Shown here: in pieces, positions 49,035-61,400 of the stretch
How the letters are laid out: every line of letters begins with the position of its first letter
Position numbering within the stretch: the stretch's first letter is position 1
Assembly: GCA_965235115.1 (NCBI GenBank)
Contig: OZ249436.1
Coordinates: 1,056,001-1,120,000 of the forward strand
Source of the DNA: Laetmonice hystrix
Lineage: Eukaryota
Reading direction: 5' to 3'
DNA: 64,000 bases
Program-made: the position numbers and the translations under genes
Notes under the pieces: generated by a model
Told to the model about the DNA's origin: nothing
What the model saw: only the letters and a program-made list of their open reading frames with translations
The model's database searches: none

Positions 49035-50372
49035 TACTTCCCGCGCTACCAACATCTACAGCTTCCATCTCCCCGCGCTACCAACATCTACAGCGTCCTT
49101 CTCCCCGCGCTAACATCTACAGCTTCCTTCTCCCTGGGCTACCAACATCTACAGCTTCCTTCTCCCTGGGCTACCAACATCTACAGCTTCCTTCTCCCCG
49201 CGCTAACAACATCTACAGCTTCCTTCTCCCTGGGCTACCAACATCTACAGCTTCCTTCTCCCCGCGCTACCAACATCTACAGCTTCCTTCTCCCTGGGCT
49301 ACCAACATCTACAGCTTCCTTCTCCCTGGGCTACCAACATCTACAGCTTCCTTCTCCCCGCGCTACCAACATCTACAGCTTCCTTCTCCCTGGGCTACCA
49401 ACATCTACAGCTTCCTTCTCCCCGCCCTAACAACATCTACAGCTTCCTTCTCCCCGCGCTACCAACATCTACAGCTTCCTTCACCCCGCGCTACCAACAT
49501 CTACAGCTTCCTTCTCCCCGCGCTACCAACATCTACAGCTTCCATCTACCCGCGCTACCAACATCTACAGCTTCCTTCTCCCTGCGCTAACAGCATCTAC
49601 AGCTTCCTTCTCCCCGCGCTACCAACATCTACAGCTTCCTTCTCCCCGCGCTAACAACATCTACAGCTTCCTTCTCCCCGCGCTACCAACATCTACAGCT
49701 TCCTTCTCCCCGCGCTACCAACATCTACAGCTTCCTTCTCCCCGCGCTACCAACATCTACAGCTTCCTTCTCCCCGCGCTACCAACATCTACAGCTTCCA
49801 TCTCCCCGCGCTAACAACATCTACAGCTTCCTTCTCCCCGCGCTACCAACATCTACAGCTTCCTTCTCCCCGCGCTACGTACCAACATCTACAGCTTCCA
49901 TCTCCCCGCGCTAACAACATCTACAGCTTCCTTCTCCCCGCGCTAACAACATCTACAGCTTACTTCTCCCCGCGCTACCAACATCTACAGCTTCCTTCTC
50001 CCCGCGCTACCAACATCTACAGCTTCCTTCTCCCCGCGCTACCAACATTTACAGCTTCCTTCTCCCCGCGCTACCAACATCTACAGCTTCCTTCTCCCCG
50101 CGCTAACAACATCTACAGCTTCCATCTACCCGCGCTACCAACATCTACAGCTTCCTTCTCCCCGCGCTAACAACATCTACAGCTTCCTTCTCCCCGCGCT
50201 ACCAACATCTACAGCTTCCTTCTCCCCGCGCTAACAACATCTACAGCTTCCTTCTCCCCGCGCTAACAACATCTACAGCGTCCTTCGCCCCCGCCCCGCC
50301 CCGCCCCGCCCCGCCCCGCCCCGCCCCGCCCCGCCCCGCCCCGCCCCGCCCCGCCCCGCCCCGCCCCGCCCC
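49035..50372. repeat. ~32-bp minisatellite followed by (CCCCG)n
   Basis: Unit ctaccaacatctacagcttccttctccccgcg; pentamer run at 50287-50372. Confidence 0.95.
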
Positions 50373-51099
50373 CTGGCGAGATTCAATATAAACAGTAGGC
50401 ACAGTTTGGTGAGGAAATACATGGGTGTTATAAACATGTGAAGCCCCGAGACGACTCCGCAGACAGGCTTGAACTGTCTGCCTCAGAGCAGCTTCAACAG
50501 TTGACTGGACGTCGGTTAGTTTTACAGTGCCCCGCACATGGGGGGTGCATGTCCGGGCCCCTTGAACCCCCTGGCTACACCCATGTCATACTCAGGTCTA
50601 GCAGCCTGTGGACAGATGTACCTACTCGGCAGTGATGTGGTAATTAGTTTGTGTACAATAAATATGAGAACAACAACGATATCAAATATCAATGCAAGGT
50701 TGAGGCAGTGAGGAATGTGAGTATCATCCATGATAGTCTCGAGTTATTCCTCTGATCAATTAATCTCCTTCAAATTCTCCCCTTCGTATCCTTTCACAGT
50801 ACACAAAGTCTACCTTCATGATCCATTTGTAGCCTTCAAGTACATATTAATGCAGAGCCTAAATACAAAACCTTAGTCTTTATTGTACAACTAGACATTC
50901 AACTGAATTGGTAAAACGGCATGACAATAACACCAGTGTTCATCTCGTGGTCGATAGGCACTATACGTTTGATATGTTGTGTTTCCAGTGAACTCCTCGC
51001 TATAAACTTAGATCATGACACACTACGCAAATAAACCCCTACTTCAGGACAGTGACATGGCAGGCATAGACTCTATTACTGCCATAATGGCCGAATGTG

Positions 51100-52400
51100 A
51101 GGGGGTTACCATCTTACACCTGGTCAGCGTACGTTTACTATCTTACACCTGGTCAGCGTGTTTTTACTATCTTACACCTGGTCAGTGGGTTTACCATCTT
51201 ACACCTGGTCAGTGGGTTTACCATCTTACACCTGGTCAGCGTGTTTTTACTATCTTACACCTGGTCAGTGGGTTTACCATCTTACACCTGGTCAGTGGGT
51301 TTACTATCTTACACCTGGTCAGCGTGTTTTTACTATCTTACACCTGGTCAGTGGGTTTACCATCTTACACCTGGGCAGTGGGTTTACCATCTTACACCTG
51401 GGCAGTGGGTTTACCATCTTACACCTGGTCAGTGGGTTTACCATCTTACACCTGGTCAGCGTGTTTTTACTATCTTACACCTGGTCAGTGGGGTTACCAT
51501 CTTACACCTGGTCAGCGTGGGTTTAGTATCTTACACCTGGTCAGCGTGGGTTTATTATCTTACACCTGGTCAGCGTGGGTTTACCATCTTACACCTGGTC
51601 AGCGTGGGTTTATTATCTTACACCTGGTCAGCGTGGGTTTATTATCTTACACCTGGTCAGCGTGGGTTTACCATCTTACACCTGGTCAGTGGGTTTACCA
51701 TCTTACACCTGGTCAGCGTGGGTTTACCATCTTACACCTGGGCAGTGGATTTACAATCTTACACCTGGTCAGCGTGGGTTTACCATCTTACACCTGGTCA
51801 GCGTGGGTTTATTATCTTACACCTGGTCAGCGTGGGTTTATTATCTTACACCTGGTCAGCGTGGGTTTATTATCTTACACCTGGTCAGCGTGGGTTTACC
51901 ATCTTACACCTGGTCAGAGGGGTTACCATCTTACACCTGGTCAGTGGGTTTACCATCTTACACCTGGTCAGTGTGGGTTTATTATCTTACACCTGGTCAG
52001 CGTGGGTTTATTATCTTACACCTGGTCAGCGTGGGTTTAGTATCTTACACCTGGTCAGCGTGGGTTTAGTATCTTACACCTGGTCAGCGTGGGTTTACCA
52101 TCTTACACCTGGTCAGCGTGGGTTTAGTATCTTACACCTGGTCAGCGTGGGTTTACCATCTTACACCTGGTCAGCATGAGAAGGTTTGGTAGTCTTACAC
52201 CTGGTCAGTGTGGGTTTATTATCTTACACCTGGTCAGCGTGGGTTTAGTATCTTACACCTGGTCAGCGTGGGTTTAGTATCTTACACCTGGTCAGCGTGG
52301 GTTTACCATCTTACACCTGGTCAGTGTGGGAAGGGTTGGCAGTCTTACACCTGGTCAGCGTGGGAAGGGTTGGCAGTCTTACACCTGGTCAGCGTGGAAA
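51100..52400. repeat. 29-31-bp array derived from the last codons and stop of copy B
   Basis: Minus-strand unit ..cacgctgaccaggtgtaaga.. = HADQV*. Confidence 0.92.
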
Positions 52401-55400
52401 GGTTTGGCAGTCTTTGTCCCACCACCAGGTGCATTGTGATCGGACGATTCGACCAGACTATTCATAGTGTGGACAGCGACAGAAGACGACAAACCTTTAT
52501 GTCGCCTCACGGTATTCCTGGTCCTGTAAGAAATAAAATGCGAGAGAGAGAGGCAGAGAGTAAGTAGAATTAAATCATCGATCATGTTAAACAATGGCTG
52601 AGAGGATGGGAAAGGAGAGTCGTTGTTTGTAGGCCTTAAAGGGGCACATTATGAGGAAACGTGAAAAATCTGTATTTCAAAGAACTTTTGCTGTTTTCAT
52701 AAAGAGATCCTTCATTAAAATTGCTTGGTAGACTTATCAGTTTCATTTTGCGTGAGAAATCGAAGTTTATGAAGCTCCCTTGCCCGCTTCTCTCCCGATT
52801 TCGTAAATTTTTTTGGGTCGAGTGCAACTGCTGAATTGTTTACAGCTAAACAAAGCACGTGACTAAGCACATGCAGAGAGTGCACACGCAGGATGTGACG
52901 CAGTACGCGATTACACGGGTTGATGGGAGGTTGTCTACCAAATTATGGCGAGAGATGTGCTATCGGGAGAAATCTATAGGTTTGGTCGTATAGAACCTAC
53001 TTGTGCTGCATACGCAGCGAAAACACGTCGGAGGACAAAATGCTGTGATAGGATTATTTACTTGGATCCCTAGTACACGATCATGTTGGATAATTGCCGG
53101 AAATCCTCAAAAACGTGTTTCATAGCATACCCCTTTAAGACATCCACGTGTTCCGAATAGAACTGAAATAACTTCAGTGATTAATTTGGCTAACACTAGG
53201 CAGCTATTTGGGCGGATGCAGGATTTTGAAAGGGGGTGGGGTGTTCAAGTAGGAAATTTGTCAAAAGTGGGTTAATCCTGCACTCTGTAATTCCACTGCA
53301 TCAACGGCTGCAATCCATACTGCATTAGTATACCAGACCCGTACGTAGGATTTTTCGTGGGGAGTGAGGGGCGGGGGTGCGTGTCCTCAGAAAATGGATC
53401 TTTGTGAGTTATACGTACAACGCCTTGGGGAGAAGGCCGTTTTCCATTAAATCAAATAAAATACAGAACAAAAACGGTTGCCATAAATGAATTTAATTAA
53501 TGAATTTGCGAGCCCCATCTTTAATCTTTCAGTAGCGTTCCTAATTCAAGTCTCCTGGGATGTTTTCCCGCAAAGATGTACACAACATGGTCTTCAATGC
53601 ATTTAGTACTTTCAAACAGTGGACTTTGGTTATAGGGGTGGTGATGGTGCGTACGCACCCTTCGCACCCCCTGCGTACGGGCCTGGGTAGGCCTACTACT
53701 GAGGGGAGTTTAAAAGTCCCCTTACTGCCTGGATTAAATTTGACTGGTACTACATTGTGACAATGTTAATGGACCCACCGTCGACAGTCTATGGCCGAGA
53801 AGGTGTAGAGGATCGGGTTGACGGCCGAGTTAAGGGGCAGCACGAACACAGCGATCCAAGCGGCCACTTGGGGAGCAATAGTGGCGCCACCTAGCGCTGA
53901 GAATCCAATCAAGATGATAGGAACCTGCCAACACATAAATCTGCAACTGATGACGGATGACCCAATCATCGACAACTTGAACAGTCCACGGTTTTATTAT
54001 GGTTCAAAACAGCACCCTTTTCTGTATGAAGGAGGAGTCCAAGATCCAAACATATTCAACTGGACCAACGAACCCAGCGTCTTTAATTTTAGGGGCGCCA
54101 CTTTTCTTTTGACTGTCAGTTTATGCATGTTTATCGGAGGCCGGATTTTCACGGACATTTCCGAAGATTGTCGAAGGCGCCGATGGATGCCAGAAATGGT
54201 GATCCCACTTACCCAACAGAGTAAATCTGTTCCTACGATCAACGCCATCTTTTTGGCGAGCGAGTACTCGTCCAAAGCCGCGGTAGACTGGACCTGTCGG
54301 GAGGACTTGGACACCATCCAAAATATCGCAACGTATCTGTGAAGTACAGAAGCTATCAAAGTAAAGAGATCAAGTCGAGTAGAACAGAACGAGGAGTTAC
54401 TCAGTGAGTATGGGACAAGTTTCCTTACCCGACGAAGATGAAGACGAAGGAGATGAAGTTGACGACTAGGAAGATGAACACCGAGTATTCCCACCCAGGC
54501 AGGCGTTCGTTACTCAGGTGGAAAGGGAGACACACACCTGGATACAGGCATGCACACAAACATGTTTGAACCAAGTATACTAGAAGGTTATTGTTTATAA
54601 CACTGAATAAAAAGGTAGATAGAAAATGGACTACATGTCGATGACAGTGAGACACCCAGAAGGGTTTTCTGATGTAAAGACCACAAGGAGCACGTACCTG
54701 TGCGACCAAAAAAGGCGTCTCCGAAGTAGGGGATTCCGAGTGTAGGCAGGACACTGAGCATGATGCCCACACCCCAGCCCACACCCGCCACATAACGGGC
54801 GTGTTTCATCCGGAATCTGCCAGCCTTCAGTGGCATCAAGAAGTTCAACATACGGTCAGCCGTTATAGCAGTCAGCATGAACACAGACACTTCACTGGAG
54901 ACCATGGCCAGAATACCAGCAATCTGACAGCCAACACTTGACCGCCAGTACTCGGCGTTTACTATATACGTCCCACGGTAGTGGACATCAGCCGCGGCAA
55001 TGATCAACATGTACAGACCCATCAAGAAATCTGATAGTCCCAGGTTGATTATAAAGAAGGAAGAAACCTTTGAACGATCTGTGACTATCCGCCAAATGAT
55101 GACGAAGGCATTGCCTACAAAGGCACACAGCCCCAGAACCCATATGCTCACCTGGAGGGCCTTATTGGCCATAAGGTCCTCGCAGGAAGAAAACTCATCA
55201 GGTTCAGGAGTACAAACGTCGACGTGTTTAGCAATGCAACAAAACTTGTAGGCATCCGTATTGATTTCTTCTAGGTTCGTCAGGGGAAGGAAAGCGTTCT
55301 CGGAAACCTTACTCAAGTCGTTATCGGTGATGATCAAATGCTGCAGGTTGACAAGTTCAGAAAGGTCATCGGCCTGTAATTTAACCAGTTTATTACCATG

Positions 55401-58400
55401 GAGATTAAGAATCCTTAACGACCTTAGCCCGGTGAAAACACCCTGATCAATTGTCACCAGTTCATTGTAACTAAGGATGAGTTCAAACAAATTGCGTAGG
55501 TCCTTGAAGACTCCTGGTTCGAGGTATGTTATGTTATTGTAGCTGAGATCGAGTCGTCCAAGCCAATGCATTCCAGCGAATGTTTGTCGTGTTACATTGA
55601 GCTGATTGTGCTGGAGTAAGAGGGCCCGTACTGGTCTTGTTTCCGAGGTGTTCGGTGTCCGTAGATGTGTAAGGTTGGCGTGGACACAAGATATCATATT
55701 ACCTCGACATCTACAACCTTGGCTGCACAATGTATCTGCCGACAGAAAGAAAAAGGTTAGGTCTAAATAATTATAATAACGTTAGAAAATGTTGACTACG
55801 TCAGCCATTAAAATCCACGTACCCTTTTCAGTGCAATATTTCTCGTCGGATCCATGTATCTTGCAGTGGATTTCCCCGTCACAAACCTTGTCGTGGGAAA
55901 TGCAGTGAGGTTCATCTTTACAGCGGAACAGACCTGACATCCAAATAAGATAGGAGCTATTTATAATGTCTACATCCTCAACTGAGTCTTGATCGGATCT
56001 TCAATCATTTAGAGATTCATGTTTATTACGAAGTGCAATATCATGTTCTCATGACAGACTGCGTCTTACCTTGTTGTGAGTTGGTAATTATTTTTATTTT
56101 ATATTTTCTTGAAGAAAAACGGATTTAAAGAGAAAAGTGTATTAATCGAACAGAAACTAATTGTATTTCGTGTGAGATTTAACGACATTCAATTATGGAT
56201 ATGAACAATTCTTCTTCAAATCGTAAAAAGACGGCCAGTTTTGGTCGGAGTAGGCCTCGTCAGGTCTGGCTTTGGTACTCGGGAGAACAGTGTCAAGGGA
56301 CAGTTAGAACTTACCTGGACAGGTGTAATTGTCACAACTCCTCTCATCCTCCGCCATTGGACAGTCCACATGGCCATCACAAACCTTACCAAACGGTATA
56401 CAGTAGGAGCCTGGGCAGTGGAACATTCCCGGGCAATCAACAGAACCTTTAGATAAAGATAAAGGTTACCTGAACAATGGAACTTTCCGGGGCAATCAAC
56501 AGAACCTTTAGATAAAAAAAATATATATAGGTGACCTGAACAATGGAACATTGACGGCAGATTAAAGGTACACAACATGAGATTGGGCAGAGTTGATGAC
56601 AGTCAGGCAACAGTACCTCAAGTAACGCTAGATTAATTCCAAGACTGACTCACGCGTCTCATGAAAAGGACAAGAGTGGATGGCTTAGCTTGATTTTGAA
56701 ATCTGGCATGAGACAGCATTCATTACATTATTGTCACACTGCAAAACGACCTTTTAAAAAGCCCGGCGCACACTGTGGAGACTTTGAGCAACTCCACGAA
56801 ACTGAAAAGTCGGCCAATCCCTGACGACTGGTTGCCGACTGCAGTCTCCACTTATTTCTGGGCCCCACTACTGAAGATTAAACATGTTTAATCTTCAGTT
56901 CCCCCAGACACTGAAAGTCGCCAACTAGTTGCCGACTGTCATGTTACCCAAAGCCTCCACAGTGTGCGGCGGACTTTACATGGCCTGGACTTTACTCGTT
57001 ACTGGAGAAATCTCTGCGCTAATGATAGTAACAATAGTAAGATAGTTGTGCCCTGTTAATACAGAACGCACAGTGGCACAGCACGCTGCTCGACACCCTC
57101 CAAAAATGTCCGATTTGTATGTTGTGTCCATTTGACCATTTTCTTTTAAACAGGACGTGCAGCACAGAGAATCGGTACCCTGTGCTGGTCCAGGTTCGCT
57201 CGCAGTGCGAAAGTGCGGCGTCGCTGTGCGTCGCGTCGCTTTCTGTATAAACAGGGCCTAACGATCATTACAGTGCCCGGCGTCGCTGTGCGTCGCGTCG
57301 CTTTCTGTATGAACAGGGCCTAACGATCATTACAGTGCCCGGGGTCGTAAGGTCGGAAGTCGTACCACAGTGAGAGCGGAGGTGGAAGCCGTTACGACAC
57401 GACATCTGGACGCTGTAACCGGAACTAGCGTCTACCACCTGAGTGTCGTACACACACGTAGACGCTCGGGTAAAACACTGGCTGTGACCCTCCATACACT
57501 GCACCGAGTCGGGCGTCGGACACCCTAGTAATACCGTGTGGTTCGCCACCGTCATATCCTCCTCTCTGATCAACGATATGGTGTCTGCTTCATCTAGGCA
57601 TCACAAAATGAAAATAGGTCAGATCCACTAAAGCGATTTTCCTTGCGACGTCCATGCGATTTTGACATCACCGTTTTATTTTACCGTGATTTTGAAATTA
57701 AAGGATAGAACCCATTTCCTGAAACAGGGAAGACCAGCCAGGAAAAATTTCAGAGTGAAATCCCACCATTGAATCAAAAATCGCATGGTCGTCGCCAGAG
57801 GAATCGCCTTAGTGGATTAGGCCCTTACATTTTATACGATGAGGCGGCAAAATTAGATCTATTTTGATCTTTCCATTGGTGATCCCTTTGATAATCTAAA
57901 TATTTACTTTCGCCAGTTGCCTATTATTTTACATAACCGAAAGCCAAACAGAATGGAAAATGCGATAAAATTAAATTACTTTCGTTTGTCCAAATTGTTG
58001 TTTAACTTACCTGCATATACAAGAATGCATATTTTCCCCAAACAAAATGACCATGTAGACTATGTTACGCTTGTAGTGTTAAATACAAACGTAAACGAAG
58101 GGACCAAAGCAAGCATAGTTATTTGCAGCGACCGCGTTTGAGGCATGCATTGATCATGCCACGTAACAATGCAGCCTGTGAACAGATCTACAGCAGAGAA
58201 CGAACCAAAACTGTAGAATGACCTTGCTCAGGGGCGTTTGGGGTCATGTCCAATAAAGCGTAGCTAGGCAGAGACAAAGCAAGCAGTTCATGCAGACAGC
58301 CATGATTATTGGGGCGCTATGCCGGGGGTGTAAACCATTGAACAGAAGTCACGCTCAAGTCGCAAACCTCTTAACGCATGACGTGTTTTCGCCTCGGTAG

Positions 58401-61400
58401 ACATATACACTCGTTATAATAGATCTCTGTCTCGGTTAAACAAGGGTCTTTCTCACGACTATCGATTACAATTGATCCACCCATCATAAAGCATGACGTC
58501 ATGACTAAACCCCCAGGACACATGCGCGTGTGTGTTTAACTTATGCCTGGTACATATTAAAGCGATTTTCCTTGCGACCTCCATGCGATTTTGACATCAC
58601 CCTTTTATGTTACTGTGATTTTGAGATTAAAAGATAGAATCCAGGCCAGGGAAGGCCAGCCAGGAAAGATTTCAGGGTGAAATTCTACCATTAAATCTAA
58701 AATCGCATGGCCGTCGCAAGCGAAATCGCCTTAGTGTGTACCAGGCATAAACAAAGATAAAGCATGACGTTAAGCGTGCTGATACTAAATGTATAAAATG
58801 TCCTACACTGCTCGCCATGTTGCCGCCTGATTGGTCCTGCGGTAATGCAAGTTACATGGCGCTGTAAATATCAAACTTAAGACAAGAATACACAAGAAAA
58901 ACATCCCTGGTCTACAGCGGAGATACAGATAATAGAATCAAAATGGGACTCTTGTAGCAAACTTGTATATAACTGCTGGATGACAATTCTACAAAAAAAT
59001 AATGAAGCCATGTGTTTTGTGATAAAATACAATTAGTGTCGACGTCGATATTATCTCCATGCGGCTACATGGGGCAGAGCCATAGAGTGAGGTTCTCCAT
59101 GCGGCTACATGGGGCAGAGCCATAGAGTGAGGTTCGGGTTGGAATACGTATTCTCAGCACAATCGTATATAGGTCCGAAAAAAACCTTTTTACAAGGTGG
59201 TCTTCTCAGGTGATGAATCGGTGTCATTACTAGACCACATTACTGCGCGAATTAGTCTTCACGGCAGGGTGCTCTCAGAACTGACCCCGGAAACGTCTGG
59301 CTATGTGGGGCTATATTTATCTTGACAGAAGCTGTAGGAGTAAAGGTTAGAGTTTCTGCCTACCTGATCCTTGCTCCTCATCCTCTCGCTGCAGCCCGGG
59401 GCAGTCAGAGACGAGGTCATGACGGAGTTTGTCCCGGAGACATCGACCTGAGTAACACTGGAATCCCCGGCACTGACCCACTGCCAGTGTCACCCCATCA
59501 CAATCAACAACGGACAACATCTTTTGTTTTGTGATTGGCGTGGCACTGACCAACTGCCAGAACCACTCCATCACAATCAAACACGGACATCTTTTGTTTT
59601 GTGATTGGCGTGGCACTGACCCACTGCCAGTGCCACGCCAATCACAATCAACAACGGACAACATCTTTTGTTTTGTGATTGGCGTGGCACTGACCCACTG
59701 CCAGTGCCACGCCAATCACAATCAACAACGGACAACATCTTTTGTTTTGTGATTGGCGTGGCACTGACCCACTGCCAGTGCCACGCCAATCACAATCAAC
59801 AACGGACAACATCTTTTGTTTTGTGATTGGCGTGGCACTGACCCACTGCCAGTGCCACGCCAATCACAATCAACAACGGACAACATCTTTTGTTTTGTGA
59901 TTGGCGTGGCACTGACCCACTGCCAGTACCACTCCATCACAATCAACAACGGACAACATCTTTTGTTTTGTGATTGGCGTGGCACTGACCCACTGCCAGT
60001 GCCACGCCAATCACAATCAACAACGGACAACATCTTTTGTTTTGTGATTGGCGTGGCACTGACCCACTGCCAGTACCACTCCATCACAATCAACAACGGA
60101 CAACATCTTTTGTTTTGTGATTGGCGTGGCACTGACCCACTGCCAGTGCCACGCCAATCACAATCAACAACGGACAACATCTTTTGTTTTGTGATTGGCG
60201 TGGCACTGACCCACTGCCAGTACCACTCCATCACAATCAACAACGGACAACATCTTTTGTTTTGTGATTGGCGTGGCACTGACCCACTGCCAGTGCCACG
60301 CCAATCACAATCAACAACGGACAACATCTTTTGTTTAGTGATTGGCGTGGCACTGACCCACTGCCAGTACCACTCCATCACAATCAACAACGGACAACAT
60401 CTTTTGTTTTGTGATTGGTGTGGCACTGACCAACTGCCAGTACCACTCCATCACAATCAACAATGGACAACATCTTTTGTTTTGTGATTGGCGTGGCACT
60501 GACCAACTGCCAGTACCACTCCATCACAATCAACAATGGACAACATCTTTTGTTTTGTGATTGGCGTGGCACTGACCAACTGCCAGTACCACTCCATCAC
60601 AATCAAACACGGACATCTTTTGTTTTATACAAAAGCTATAGCATGTTTTATTCAGACGTTGTAGCAAATGCCCGATTGTAAATGCCTTTGTGGGTTGTAA
60701 AAAGATGTTAAGAAAAGTGTGTTGATTGTATTATCATACTGTAAATGGTGGAGAATGTTTCGAGATTTACCGCATAAACTGGGTGATTCGTCACTGCCAT
60801 CCACACAATCCCGGTTAAAGTCACAACTCTTTTCTTTGTCAATACACTCGCCATTATCACATCGGAACTGCGCTGCTGTACACGTCTCCATAACTACAGA
60901 GGAAAAAGGCAAAAATGTCTGAACCAAAGAAAGTTATGATCTTTTGTGTTCAGCAATGCAGAAATGATTATTATAAGAGAAGGGAAAGTAGTAGGTCTAA
61001 AAATTACTGACAAGGTAACGACTCTTTGTGTAAATAAGAAATATTGTCTTCCAGGCTGTTTTTTACAACAGGTGTTCATCACAACAGGACGGTATGATAA
61101 AACCAGCATCTGCTCGTACAGCGGACTCGCTTTGTGCAAAGAAAACTCTTACTGCAGTTATTGTCGTCCGAACCGTCGTGACAATCCCTCTTGAAGTCAC
61201 AATACAGAGATATTGGTATACATCTGGCCTTGTCCTCACACGGAAAGTATCCCGGCCCGCACTCTACAACAATACAGAGATATTGGTATACATCTGGCCT
61301 TGTCCTCACACGGAAAGTATCCCGGCCCGCACTCTACAACAATACAGAGATATTGGTATACATCTGGCCTTGTCCTCACACGGAAAGTATCCCGGCCCGC

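Noticed and set aside
43849..52179. Long ORFs at 43849, 49016, 51015 and 51097
   Set aside because: Each is a stop-free translation of a tandem repeat.
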